Source of the DNA: Octopus bimaculoides
Lineage: Eukaryota
Direction of reading: 5' to 3'
Length of the DNA: 58,349 nucleotides
Assembly (NCBI RefSeq): GCF_001194135.2
Contig: NC_068985.1
Span: forward strand, 52,258,583 to 52,316,931
Below, piece after piece: positions 37,758 through 50,432 of the stretch; within the stretch, counting starts at the first letter, position 1, and every line of letters begins with the position of its first letter. The translations under genes were made by a program, and so were the position numbers. The notes under the pieces were generated by a model. It saw only the letters and a program-made list of their open reading frames with translations, had not been told where the DNA came from and did no database searches.

Positions 37758-39081
37758 TATTAAATGATCCTCCTTCCTATATTTCAATTAATTTTTTCTA
37801 CTCGTGAATCATTACAGATTAGCTGTGAGAAGACATGCATTCTACACCGAGTTGCGAGAATTCTAATACGCTCAGTTTTCTTTTGTTTTTCTACTTTACA
37901 CAACCCTAATGGTGCTATCAATAATATTCTTTGTCAGATAACTCCCTCCTGTCATAAAAAACACAAAACAAAAAATATCGCACGCCAATGTTAGCCATTA
38001 CTCATTCTTTAGAAGCTAATAGACGGCGAACACTAGAGGATAGGGCTCAGTATTGAGAATGCTTCAGGGTAGGGCTGAATTCATGGCGTCTTCATTTCTA
38101 TTCTTGGTCTCTTAATTCTTTCTCTTTTACTCTTTCTATTCATAAGACTGCAGACATGCTGGAGCACGGCATCATAGAGCTTCAGTTGAACAAATCAACC
38201 CTCGTACTTTTTTCAAGTCTGGTACTTATTTTATCGATCTCTTTTGCCGATCCGGTAATTTACAAGCACGTAAACCAATTTTACACGGTTATGAAGGGTG
38301 CAGGCGGTTAACAAACGAATATAAATACACAGTAATCAGCCACACATACCAGGTGCACACACACACACACACACGCACACACACACACACACACACACAT
38401 ACACACACACACACGCACACACCACACACGCACTTAAATGTTTTACGTCAAGCTCTATACCAGAACAATTTAATATTAAACTGAAAGATTACTGAACACA
38501 TTTTAGTAGAGTATATATTTATTAGACATTTACAAGGAAAATTTTGACAGTAATGCCGAAGTTTCGGTTTGTTTACCTTCGTCAGACTGTCCTTGAAAAA
38601 ATTGAATATATACATATACTCTTGCGTATGTACATACATGGTTAAGAAGCTGGCTTGCCAACCACGGAGTTTTAGGTACAATCCCACTGCGTGACATTTT
38701 TAAGATGTATTCCATAATAGCCTCGGACCAGCAAAATACTTGTGAATGGATTTGGTATGTGGAAATTGAAAGAAGCCCTTTGTATTTGTACACCCACACA
38801 AACACAGTAACACAAACACATACACTCACATACACAAACACACACACATATACATATATATCTATGTCTATGCGTCTTTTTGATTGTATTTGTCTCCCAC
38901 CACCGCTTCACAACTGGCGTTTGTTTGGTTACGTCCTGAGAATTTAGCGGTTCGCAACGTGACGGGTACAATAAGCATCAGGCTTAAAACTGGAGTCGAT
39001 TTGTTTGACTAAACCCTGCAAGACAGTACCTTAGCATAGATAGCCGCAGTCCAATGACTGAAACACACAGACACACACACA

Positions 39082-39144
<63 letters not shown>

Positions 39145-39490
39145 GTTTGTTCGTGCTAAATTTGACTATCTTTAACGTCTCCTTTTTGGAGATCTAGTGG
39201 ATGTAGTAGACGGAAACAGAAAGAAGCCCGTTGTATATATAAATATTCATATATTTATGTTTGTGTTTCTTTGTGCCTATGTTTGTTCCTCCACTATCGC
39301 TTGACAACCGATGTTGGTGTGTTTATGTCTCCGTAACTTAGCGGTTCGGGAAAAGAGACCGATAGAATAAGCATTAGGCTTACAAATAATTTCTTGTGGT
39401 CGATTTCTTCGACTAAAAGCCCTTATAAGGCAGTGCTCCAGCATGGCCATACTCAAATGACTGAAACAAGCAAAAGAATAAAAGAATAAG
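37075..39490. mobile_element. Cluster of family C SINE pieces: 37075-37205 (-), 38120-38340 (-), 38620-39065 (+), 39190-39490 (+)
   Basis: Each matches segments of 21189-21600. Confidence 0.75.
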
Positions 39491-39603
39491 ACAGCATTGC
39501 CGCGACATTAGGGTGGAAACATGTATAAAAGAATATATATATATATATATATAAAGTATAAAAGAATATATATATATAATAACAATAATAAGGGTTATTA
39601 TTA

Positions 39604-39775
39604 TGAAGTAGTATTAGAATTACATTTAAATCCTTTTCACATATACAGCTTCAAATAGACCTACACATGTTTCTATTTCAACGGTTACTAATTAATACAA
39701 TAGAAACATGTGTTGGTCTCTTTGAATCTGTATATATGTGAAAAAGGAATTAAAGGTAATGCTAATGCTACTTCA
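39604..39775. repeat. Fold-back palindrome, ~75-bp arms and ~21-nt loop
   Basis: TGAAGTAG...GACCTACACATGTTTCTATT / AATAGAAACATGTGTTGGTC...CTACTTCA; about 85% complementary by eye. Confidence 0.88.
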
Positions 39776-39870
39776 ACTAAAGTAGCAAGACGGTGCCCTA
39801 GCATAGCCGCAGTCCAATGACTGAAACATGCGCACAAGCACGAACGCACTCACACACACACACACACACA

Positions 39871-39915
<45 letters not shown>

Positions 39916-40143
39916 TATTATTATTGTTATTATTATTATTATTGATATTAAATATACCAAGAAACCTATATGAATGAGGTAATATGTTTAGAATAATCCA
40001 ATGGAATATATCTCTGAATTTTTGTCTCATGAGAATTATTATTGGATTTATATACTAATCGTTGAATAGCCTATTTTAAATACCAAACTGTGAGCAAATC
40101 GGTATACGTTTGGAGAAATCCTTTACTAATTACCAATATATAT

Positions 40144-40176
<33 letters not shown>

Positions 40177-40658
40177 TATACATGTATATATANNNNNNNN
40201 NNGTATATATATATATATATATAATAGTATATATGTATATGTATATATATGCATATGTACATATGCATCTATATATATATGCATATATATATATATGCAT
40301 ATATATGTATATATATATATATATATATGTGTATATATATATATGTGTATATATATATATATATGTATATATATTTACAATTAAAAGGGTAAAGGATTAT
40401 CAATTTATTAATAAAATTAATAATTAATAATTTTTACCAAGCCCTTCGGTATGTAAGCACCATTATCGGTGTGGAACTTATTTAAAAGTTCTTATACATT
40501 TATAAACAAAATTAAGAGTTCAGCCACAGGTTGCTTAACCACATACCGAAGTTCAGAAATAGCAGTTAAAAATGCTGAAACTCCAACAGATAGCAGTTAC
40601 CCGCAACTCACATAGGCAAAACAAGAAGAAAAATAACGAACTAAACTAGCCATATTTA

Positions 40659-40718
40659 ATCATAGACATGTTTCTGGTTTAGAAGCATAAAAACTCTTCA
40701 TTACCTCATCGGTATGAT
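40659..40718 (-). ncRNA. Hammerhead-like motif (mirror copy of 41065-41124)
   Basis: Exact reverse complement within the inverted arm. Confidence 0.55.
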
Positions 40719-41064
40719 ATTCCTGTTGTAAATTCGACGATACTGGCAAATGTGCATGCATGATCTAGCGCCATCATTGCAGTCGACACATTTTGAAAGT
40801 ATCTCCAAATCTACATAGGCGAGCCAGCTTGGTAAAAATTATTAATTATTAATTTATTAATAAATTGATAATCCTTTACCCTTTTAATTGTAATAATTAA
40901 TTATTCACTCCCGGATAGTAAACCACAAATTTTCTGCGGNNNNNNNNNNNNNNNGCTGGCTCGCCTATGTAGATTTGGAGATACTTTCAAAATGTGTCGA
41001 CTGCAATGATGGCGCTAGATCATGCATGCACATTTGCCAGTATCGTCGAATTTACAACAGGAAT

Positions 41065-41124
41065 ATCATACCGATGAGGTAATGAAGAGTTTTTATGCTT
41101 CTAAACCAGAAACATGTCTATGAT
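41065..41124 (+). ncRNA. Hammerhead-like motif with U4-to-C core variant
   Basis: ATCATA-CCGATGA-GGT-aat-GAAG/CTTC-taa-ACC-(A)-GAAA-CATG-TC-TATGAT: perfect 6-bp stem I, palindromic ACATGT stem III, GUC triplet. Confidence 0.55.
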
Positions 41125-42262
41125 TAAATATGGCTAGTTTAGTTCGTTATTTTTCTTCTTGTTTTGCCTATGTGAGTTGCGGGTAACTGCTATCTGTTGG
41201 AGTTTCAGCATTTTTAGCTGCTATTTCTGAACTTCGGTATGTGGTGAAGCAACCTGTTGCTGAACCCTTAATTTTGTTTATATATGTATATATATGTATA
41301 TACATATATATATAGTATATATGTATATATATAATAGTATATATATATATGCATATATATGTATGTATATATATAACAGTATATATATATATATATGTTT
41401 ATATATGACGCTCGTAGGATATTGTTATATATGTCATTACTGACCAGTTTAAATACAAAATGACATTTTAAAAATTATACAGCTGTTAAAGCAATTTAAT
41501 TTCAATTCAATGGAAAATTAGGTATAAGCCATGAAAAAAACACATTATCTAATATTTTAGCTTAGTTATTTTGTGTATGACCAACGTATTGTGTACTATT
41601 ATATATATACATATCTAAAAGTGTAGTAATATTAAATAACACAATTCTTTGCATCGCAAACGATTTCTCTCCTTCGCAATGATTTCCTGGGCCAAAAGAG
41701 CTTCAATTCTCATAACTTCGTAAAAAAAAAAAATGTTTTTTTCTTCCCTTAGCTAAACCCGTTTTAGTAATGTGATGACAACAACGACGACAACGATGAC
41801 GGCGGCATCGACGACAATGGTGACGACGTTGACGATGACGATAACAACTATAACTATCGGTTGTACTGTCGCCTTCTCTAGCAATTTTGAATTCTTTCCA
41901 TTCTGAATCAGATCACTGCTTCCTTTTATCTCACTTCCACTCTCTCTCTCACACCCTCTCACTCTCCTTCCCTTCCTCTTTCTGTCTCCCATACACACAC
42001 ACATACACATTTTCTCATATATATAGATACATACATAAACATATACATACATGCATACATACAACGCATACACACACATATCCAAAATTACATTGTTTTA
42101 GATTCAACACACATCCACACCTACCTACCTACCTACATACATACATACACACACACATACTTACATACAAACATACATGCTACTGCTACTACTACCAGCA
42201 CCATCACCACCTGCACCAGTACCACCACCACTACTACTACTACCACCACCACCACCACCACC

Positions 42263-42296
<34 letters not shown>

Positions 42297-42309
42297 ATAA
42301 TAATAATAA

Positions 42310-42530
42310 TATAGTCCTTTCTACTATAGGCATAAGTCCTGGATTTCTGTAGGGAGAGGGACAATCAATCACATCGATCCCAGTACTTGACTGGTATTTA
42401 ATTTATCCACCGCGTGAGGATGAAAGGCAAAGTCGACCTCGGTGGAATTTGAACTCGGTACGTACTGACGGACGAAATGCTTCAAAGTATTTTGCCTGGC
42501 GTGCTAACGATTCTGCCAGCTTGCCCATTC

Positions 42531-42620
<90 letters not shown>

Positions 42621-42830
42621 CATTTCTACTATAGGCACAAGGCCTGAAATTTTTTGTGGGATGCAGTCGATTAGATCGACGCCAGGACGTAACTAGTACT
42701 TATTTCATCAATTCCGAAAGGATGAAAGGCAAAGTCGACCTCGGCAGAATTTGAACTCAGAACGTAAAGACGGACGAAATGCTGCTAAGCATTTTGCTCG
42801 GTGTGGTAACGATTCTGCCATTTCGGCGAC
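42310..42830 (-). mobile_element. Two tandem family B SINEs separated by (TAA)n (42531-42621)
   Basis: Both copies carry the full core and the tail GGCCTTGTGCCTATAGTAGAAA. Confidence 0.88.
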
Positions 42831-43817
42831 TCAGTGATGATAATAATAATGATAATAATAATAATAATAAATATGGTAAAAGAAAAGATGGATGACGATG
42901 GTAATGATGATAGTGGTTGTGGTGGTGGTGATGTTGGTGTTGGTATTGTGGTGACGAGGGCTATGGGAACAGATTTGGTGTGGTTGTTTGTAAAATAGTT
43001 GTTTTGACTATGTCTTCAATCGGAATTCGTAAAAAACAATGACTGTCGGTTTTGTCTATTTATACCACATGTCCGTCATATTTAAGCAAAGAGGAAGTGA
43101 AAGAGCAACGAAAACATGAAGAGAGATAATTAAAATCCAAATGTATCTTGACATTATTTGTAAAACACAACATGTAGAGTATTTCCTTACAAAAATATTA
43201 AAAAAAAAAGAGAGAGACTTAACCGCCCCGTGAAAAGGAAAAAAGAAAAAAAGAAACATTAGAAAAGGAAAAAAAAGACTTGTCAAAATATTCTTTTAAA
43301 AAGTCATCAATTTCTAGCTTGTATTTTGCTTTTTTACGTTTCCCCTTGACAAAACCGAAATTCAGCTGTGAAGTTTGGAGAGGGCTGGCTGGATTTTATA
43401 CATTCTAGCATTGCAAATGGAAAGAAAAGGACAAGTAAACAAGCGCAAGGATACATTTTAATGTATGTTAGTTAGAATGTATGAGTTTCAAACAGCAAAA
43501 CATAAACTGTTCAACAAAGGAAATATTCTTGGCTCTCAAATGTATACTATAATGTGTCGTGATTACTCCATTACTTGGATAATGTCGCGTGAGAATATCC
43601 AAGCAATTTGCGGACGAAATCTCCCTCTAACGGGTTATTTAAAATCTAAATCTAATATCATAAATAATGCAGATAATTCTTTTAAGGTCAGTTGACTGAA
43701 ATATTTTGACAACACAGACAATACAGATTGAAGCTGATCTGGAATTTGAAACCAATTGGGGAAAACAAGAAATATGTTTTGGTTTTACTAAGCTTTATCA
43801 ATCAAGTATGTTCTACA

Positions 43818-44166
43818 CAAGGGTTTCTCGACCATTTTTTTAATCTTTGGAACACTTTGATTACATTTTTATTCTGGTGGACCCCCCATAGCCAGTCGAT
43901 GTTTAAAAACTAGTATTATAGAGACGTCTTTCAATATTCCTATTTTGTTTTTCACACATTGACTTGTGTAGGTTGAACTATGTAAAATGTTAGAGAAAGA
44001 AACCTAGCTGTTTCTTGCAATACTTAGCAACACATACATCTAAAGCAAAATTGTCTTAGGAGCCCCACCCCCAAACTACCAAGGATCCACAATTTACTAT
44101 TTTCTTATGTAGACCCCACCACAAAATCTTATATGGATCCTCAAGGACCCCAATTGAGAACCACTG
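43818..44166. mobile_element. hAT/Charlie-type MITE remnant
   Basis: Right end TTGAGAACCACTG; degenerate left end CAAGGGTTTCTCGACC; repeated GGACCCC subterminal motifs; no clear TSD. Confidence 0.5.
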
Positions 44167-44483
44167 TTCACAAACACATTTTAACTAACCTAAATTCTGC
44201 GTATGTCTAAACACTGCTTAGTGCTAACATTTCGTTATTTTCCCCGATTGGCAGCGCAAATCTGTCAACGTTGTTGACTGAATTATACATGAAGCTATGA
44301 CTTCATAAATTCGTTCAGAGAAGCTTGAAACATCGATGTCTGGGATTCCTAATAGATGGCAATCCTCAAAGAACTGGGTGTTTTCACACCTTTTTACCAT
44401 AAGGGAGATATATTCTCCACGGTATCTGCAGTGTATTAGTCTTTGAATAGTTGAAATATGTCACAAACATATATGAACTAAGC

Positions 44484-44523
<40 letters not shown>

Positions 44524-46449
44524 NNNNNNNNNNCCATCGTCCATCTTCCTTTTCCTAACGTGACCATCTTTCTTTTGCTGTACGGACGTTCTAAGGACTG
44601 ATCATCTTCTATCTCTCTCTTCTATCTTTTCTCTTTTCAAAGAAAATATTTCTCTCAGCGTTCACTATTTTCCCTTATGTTTGTTTTCGTTCGGTTTCCT
44701 TGTATGTCTCCGCTGTCCTGTTTTTGATCTGAACTTTGACCCTGTGTAAAATCCAAAATTTTATTTTGGAAGTTATGGGATTAACTGTCTTTGAACACTC
44801 ATATTGTCGCTGAATGCTCGAAATGAGGAGTAGATAGACAACCGACAATTGATGAAGGGTCATTCTTTGTGTTACTTGTCCTGCTTTCCATTTTTTCTCG
44901 TTTGTCTTCGTACATCATGTTGTTTACAGATGGTGACGTTCTGTACCCATGTATGCTTATGTATGTATGTATGTATGTATGTATGTATGTATGTATGTAT
45001 GCATGTATATATATATATATATATNNNNNNNNNNNNNNNNNNNNNNNNNNNNNNNNNNNNNNNNNNNNNNNNNNNNNNNNNNNNNNNNNNNNNNNNNNNN
45101 NNNNNNNNNNNNNNNNNNNNNNNNNNNNNNNNNNNNNNNNNNNNNNNNNNNNNNNNNNNNNNNNNNNNNNNNNNNNNNNNNNNNNNNNNNNNNNNNNNNN
45201 NNNNNNNNNNNNNNNNNNNNNNNNNNNNNNNNNNNNNNNNNNNNNNNNNNNNNNNNNNNNNNNNNNNNNNNNNNNNNNNNNNNNNNNNNNNNNNNNNNNN
45301 NNNNNNNNNNNNNNNNNNNNNNNNNNNNNNNNNNNNNNNNNNNNNNNNNNNNNNNNNNNNNNNNNNNNNNNNNNNNNNNNNNNNNNNNNNNNNNNNNNNN
45401 NNNNNNNNNNNNNNNNNNNNNNNNNNNNNNNNNNNNNNNNNNNNNNNNNNNNNNNNNNNNNNNNNNNNNNNNNNNNNNNNNNNNNNNNNNNNNNNNNNNN
45501 NNNNNNNNNNNNNNNNNNNNNNNNNNNNNNNNNNNNNNNNNNNNNNNNNNNNNNNNNNNNNNNNNNNNNNNNNNNNNNNNNNNNNNNNNNNNNNNNNNNN
45601 NNNNNNNNNNNNNNNNNNNNNNNNNNNNNNNNNNNNNNNNNNNNNNNNNNNNNNNNNNNNNNNNNNNNNNNNNNNNNNNNNNNNNNNNNNNNNNNNNNNN
45701 NNNNNNNNNNNNNNNNNNNNNNNNNNNNNNNNNNNNNNNNNNNNNNNNNNNNNNNNNNNNNNNNNNNNNNNNNNNNNNNNNNNNNNNNNNNNNNNNNNNN
45801 NNNNNNNNNNNNNNNNNNNNNNNNNNNNNNNNNNNNNNNNNNNNNNNNNNNNNNNNNNNNNNNNNNNNNNNNNNNNNNNAAAAGATAATAAGAGTGAAAA
45901 AACTACAGAAGGCTTGTGTTACATGGTTAAAGTATATATTTAAATTATGTCAGAAAAATGTTATAAAATCTTTTTGGTATATAAACATTGTATATATATA
46001 TATATATAAATGTGTATTATTCGATTAATTACATTCCACTGGAAAGGTAGCTTCGCATTGGCCTAGATATTCTAAATCAATGGAAGTCATAAATAATGTT
46101 TCCGTTACTGTTTAACCCTAGGTCATACTTGACTCAACACACCTATTATCATTCATATTTCCCTCTTGACCATTCCACCGTTTCATTTGTTTTATTAATT
46201 CCTTTTTTAATCTCATATGCAGTATCTGGAATGGCATTATGCAATATGTTTTTCTAGTTTTGGAAAAGAAGGATTGCAGTTGTCGTGTGTCAGTAAGAAT
46301 AGATAAACATAAGGACAGACATGGCTTTGTAGCCACGTCCTTTACGGTTCAGTCCCGTTGCGCGATACCTTAGGCAATTGCCTTCTATGATAACCCAAGG
46401 TGAACCAATGAGTTTTGAGTAAGTTGCTTCGCTTAGGTACATCTCATTG

Positions 46450-46700
46450 ACAAGAGCCAAGAAGCTTGAAACATCGATGTCTGGGATTCCTGATAAATGG
46501 TCGTCCGGACTAAGGTTCATCTGTGAACTTGAAGTGACCAGTTTGAAACCTTGGCACTCAGGTTTTCACTGTGGGGTAAGATGGGCAGCCATCATTCGAG
46601 ATTCCGTTCATCTCACCATGGATTTCTGCCACTCCTTTGCATTGCAAAAAGAGGAACTTCATGATCACTTTTGCTTCAATTGTGCCAAAATCCACCGCAG
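46450..46700 (-). mobile_element. Mariner transposase N-terminal fragment
   Basis: VIMKFLFLQCKGVAEIHGEM...DGCPSYPTVKT*VPRFQTGHF..TDEP*SGRP. Confidence 0.8.
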
Positions 46701-47371
46701 GAGCTGCCGTTATGTGTTAAATCTGCAAAAAAGAGAAAGCTATATGGTACACAATCATGATTTTTTACATATTTTCTCCTAAATAGTTGTCCTACATCTC
46801 ATGTAAAGGTAACAGCTCTACCCTTTCGTAATACCCCTAAAGCCGGGAACGTTTACCCTCGTATTTCTGCTTGAAGGTCTATTTTGGGTTTAGTGATATC
46901 ATATCGCCCGGTTTCCTAGGAAATAACATCTATTGACCAAACACCAAAATTTAAAAAGAAATCGTTACACGGCCTTATATTAAAGAACTAAAGACAATCA
47001 GAAAATATTTGTAAAAATCTTGCATAGAGACGAAACCACAAGTATATAGTTTTGGATAATAGAATGTTAAGTTTATGCATTACTCTGAGAATATTAATTT
47101 ATTTCCGTGAATAAAAATCGAAATCCAGAGATTTGCTTCCGGAGAATTATCGCACCAAACAACTAAATATAAATATAAAACAACGATTCAATATCGCATA
47201 GAGAAACAAACGATATTGGAATAATATGTATACATGCATGCGCGTATGTATATACATAGGTATGTATTTATGTGTGTATGAATGTTTCTGTGTGTATCTA
47301 TATATGTGAAAATATGTATAAATATATATTTATATATAATCAAGTATTTTCATATACATAGAAACCTACAT

Positions 47372-47423
<52 letters not shown>

Positions 47424-47425
47424 GC

Positions 47426-47464
<39 letters not shown>

Positions 47465-48162
47465 TATATATTCATGTATATATAAAATACATTTATATAT
47501 GTATACATACATACATGTATACACATATATGTATATATACATANNNNNNNNNNNNNNNNNNNNNNNNNNNNNNNNNNNNNNNNNNNNNNNNNNNNNNNNN
47601 NNNNNNNNNNNNNNNNNNNNNNNNNNNNNNNNNNNNNNNNNNNNNNNNNNNNNNNNNNNNNNNNNNNNNNNNNNNNNNNNNNNNNNNNNNNNNNNNNNNN
47701 NNNNNNNNNNNNNNNNNNNNNNNNNNNNNNNNNNNNNNNNNNNNNNNNNNNNNNNNNNNNNNNNNNNNNNNNNNNNNNNNNNNNNNNNNNNNNNNNNNNN
47801 NNNNNNNNNNNNNNNNNNNNNNNNNNNNNNNNNNNNNNNNNNNNNNNNNNNNNNNNNNNNNNNNNNNNNNNNNNNNNNNNNNNNNNNNNNNNNNNNNNNN
47901 NNATATCCATATATTTCCATTAGATGAGAATGAAATATTTAATGTTTGCGCCTGATAACATTTTGACAACATAAACAAGATTATCATTTTGGTTTTCTAT
48001 GAAATATCAGCTTCGTCTCGTAAATATTTTAACATAAGAACCTTCAGTACCAAACACTTATCAGCAAATTATTATTTTTACTTTTCTTACAATGACGGCC
48101 ATTCTCCAGACGTCTGTGCAACTTTCATTAATACCAGATTTTTATAGTTTCAATCGAAGAAA

Positions 48163-48393
48163 GTTTGGAGAGAGGAACTGGAGTGTTAGAAATTGGATAA
48201 GCCGCCAAAAGTCGGTAATAATTTATAAATTCCAAGAAAGTTTGTAGGTATCAATAAGATTAGTTTCTGTGGTAAGTGAAAATACACTGACATTTCGGAC
48301 TAGTGTCCTTCGTCCGTAAGGTCAGGACATTATGCACACAAATAATTTATAAACTATAATCAGTGGCCAAGAAGATGGAGTCAACTGTTAAAA
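48163..48393 (-). repeat. ~230-bp dispersed repeat, copy 1 (hammerhead-like core mutated)
   Basis: Reverse complement of 53774-54004, roughly 90% identical by eye; core reads CGGACGA at 48287-48325. Confidence 0.9.
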
Positions 48394-48648
48394 TATAGTA
48401 AAGAGAGAAAAGGTGTTTTGTGGTGTTATTTCTCAAGAAATATGTTGGAAAGTGTTCAGGCATATCTTCGCTAATTTTTTTATTTGAAGCGTGTAGTTTA
48501 CCCCTCACACACATACACACACGGACACACACACGCAAACATATATTCACCTATATTTGCACATGCACATGCATACATACATAAATACATGCATACATAC
48601 ATACATGCATACATACATACATACATACATACATACATAATACATACA

Positions 48649-48707
<59 letters not shown>

Positions 48708-49371
48708 ATAAAATCACACAAGTAAAATGGAGAAAACTATACACTATGGAGCAAAGAAAATGCAAACCGCATATTATGTTTGAAAGGCAAATTACGTGTT
48801 GTAAAATGCATAGAAAATAGACGGAATAGAAATTGGTCAAGAGAAGTGTACAGTGAATATAAATACGTCAAATGCAAGATGGAAGTGGATCTAACGTTTC
48901 GAACTTATTTTTGTTGTCAAACAGAAGTAAGAGATTTGAGAAACATAGGAGAAAATGAATTGAGAACGACACCAACATATCAACGATTGTTTTCATTGCA
49001 GATATGGTGGAAAAATTTGGCTAGTTGATGGTAATTCGGGTTGAAGGTGTGTTTAATATAAAGATAGAGGTGGAGATAGGTGTTTCAACTAGGTATTGTT
49101 GAGTGGAGTATAATGGAAATATTAAAAGAGAAAACAGAAGAGAGATGCAATTGTTAGGATAAAATGGAAGTTGTTGCATTCTATCTTGAAAGTACGGGAG
49201 ACTTGTTCTGCGTAGATAAAAATATACAGTAGTAAAACTTTATACACGATGAAGTAAAGAGAATAAAAACAATATACAGTATATAAATTTAAACAACTGA
49301 AACTCTTAGAGGAAAAGATCCTAGAAATTAAAACGAAAAATTAATAATTATGGTGTGTTTATAATTAAAAA

Positions 49372-49387
49372 GAGAAGGAGAGAGAGA

Positions 49388-49471
<84 letters not shown>

Positions 49472-49500
49472 AAGAGAGAGAAAGAGGGTGAGCGAGAGAA
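49372..49500. repeat. (GA)n microsatellite
   Basis: Directly visible; another at 57058-57146. Confidence 0.95.
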
Positions 49501-49737
49501 AACTATGGCAATCAAAAACTAATTTAAGAGATTCTAACGTTTCGGGTAACATCATTTGTATGGGAGAAGTAAAAGCATTAAGAGAAGGAAAAAGAATTGG
49601 AAATGATAACAAATAGAGTGAAGTATGGCGGAAAAAATAAAACAGAAGAGAAAAGAAAGGAAAAGTGTGTTGAGACGCAATGGAATTTCTAAATTCGATG
49701 CGTGAAGTAGCGGGTTAGGTGTAAGGATATTAGCATG

Positions 49738-49789
<52 letters not shown>

Positions 49790-49812
49790 GTCTGTTTCTC
49801 TGTCTTTCTTGT

Positions 49813-50205
49813 TTAGCGGTCCTCGAATGAATTCGGCCGATAGTCGGATTCAAACCACTTGTGATACCCGCTGTTCAACATAACCCCACAAGTCAGCAAT
49901 ATACGGACACTGCACGAGTGCATGCAGAACGGTTTCGTCGCTCTGCGCGCATCTCGGACAGTCCTGCCTGACAGCACTTCCGTGTCTGTAAGGTTTATCG
50001 CGAATTGGCAGTAGCACTGCCAGGCCAGGGATTTTAGGAAATTATCCATGATAGTACCAGGCTCAAATGTCCTCTGAAATAGGCCAGTTAGTTTATTCTC
50101 GTCTACGCCTAGAATTTCCTCAAGAACGTTCTCGCTCTTACCCACCACCACATTTCTATATTTAGTTACCATTTTGCCTAACTTATTCAAACGATCGTTT
50201 TGCAC
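49813..50205 (-). CDS. Unassigned 130-aa ORF in a GC/CpG-richer island
   Basis: Stop-free, non-repetitive frame; possible acceptor CTACTCTTTATAAG| at ~50208; no family recognised. Confidence 0.35.
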   Translation of the reverse strand: MQNDRLNKLGKMVTKYRNVVVGKSENVLEEILGVDENKLTGLFQRTFEPGTIMDNFLKSLAWQCYCQFAINLTDTEVLSGRTVRDARRATKPFCMHSCSVRILLTCGVMLNSGYHKWFESDYRPNSFEDR

Positions 50206-50352
50206 AACTTATAAAGAGTAGTGAGCGCTTGCTGACATTCCAGACTCCAGACGCCTAATCTTGTTTTTTTTTTTTGATCCAAGGTGGCAGCTCCGTCAAA
50301 GAGAAGAGCTGCGGAAGAGCATGTCTTCCAAACGGAGATCACACCGGCTCAC

Positions 50353-50430
<78 letters not shown>

Positions 50431-50432
<2 letters not shown>

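Larger units (their letters stand above)
40375..41282. repeat. Nested inverted duplication: 328-bp arms (40501-40828 / 40955-41282) plus ~67-bp arms (40375-40441 / 40827-40893)
   Basis: Long arms differ at only ~4 positions, all in the distal ~70 bp; a 15-N gap lies between them. Confidence 0.9.

Noticed and set aside
41753-42372. His/Val/Ser-rich ORFs
   Set aside because: Translations of (CAC)n, (TAC)n and (GAC)n microsatellites
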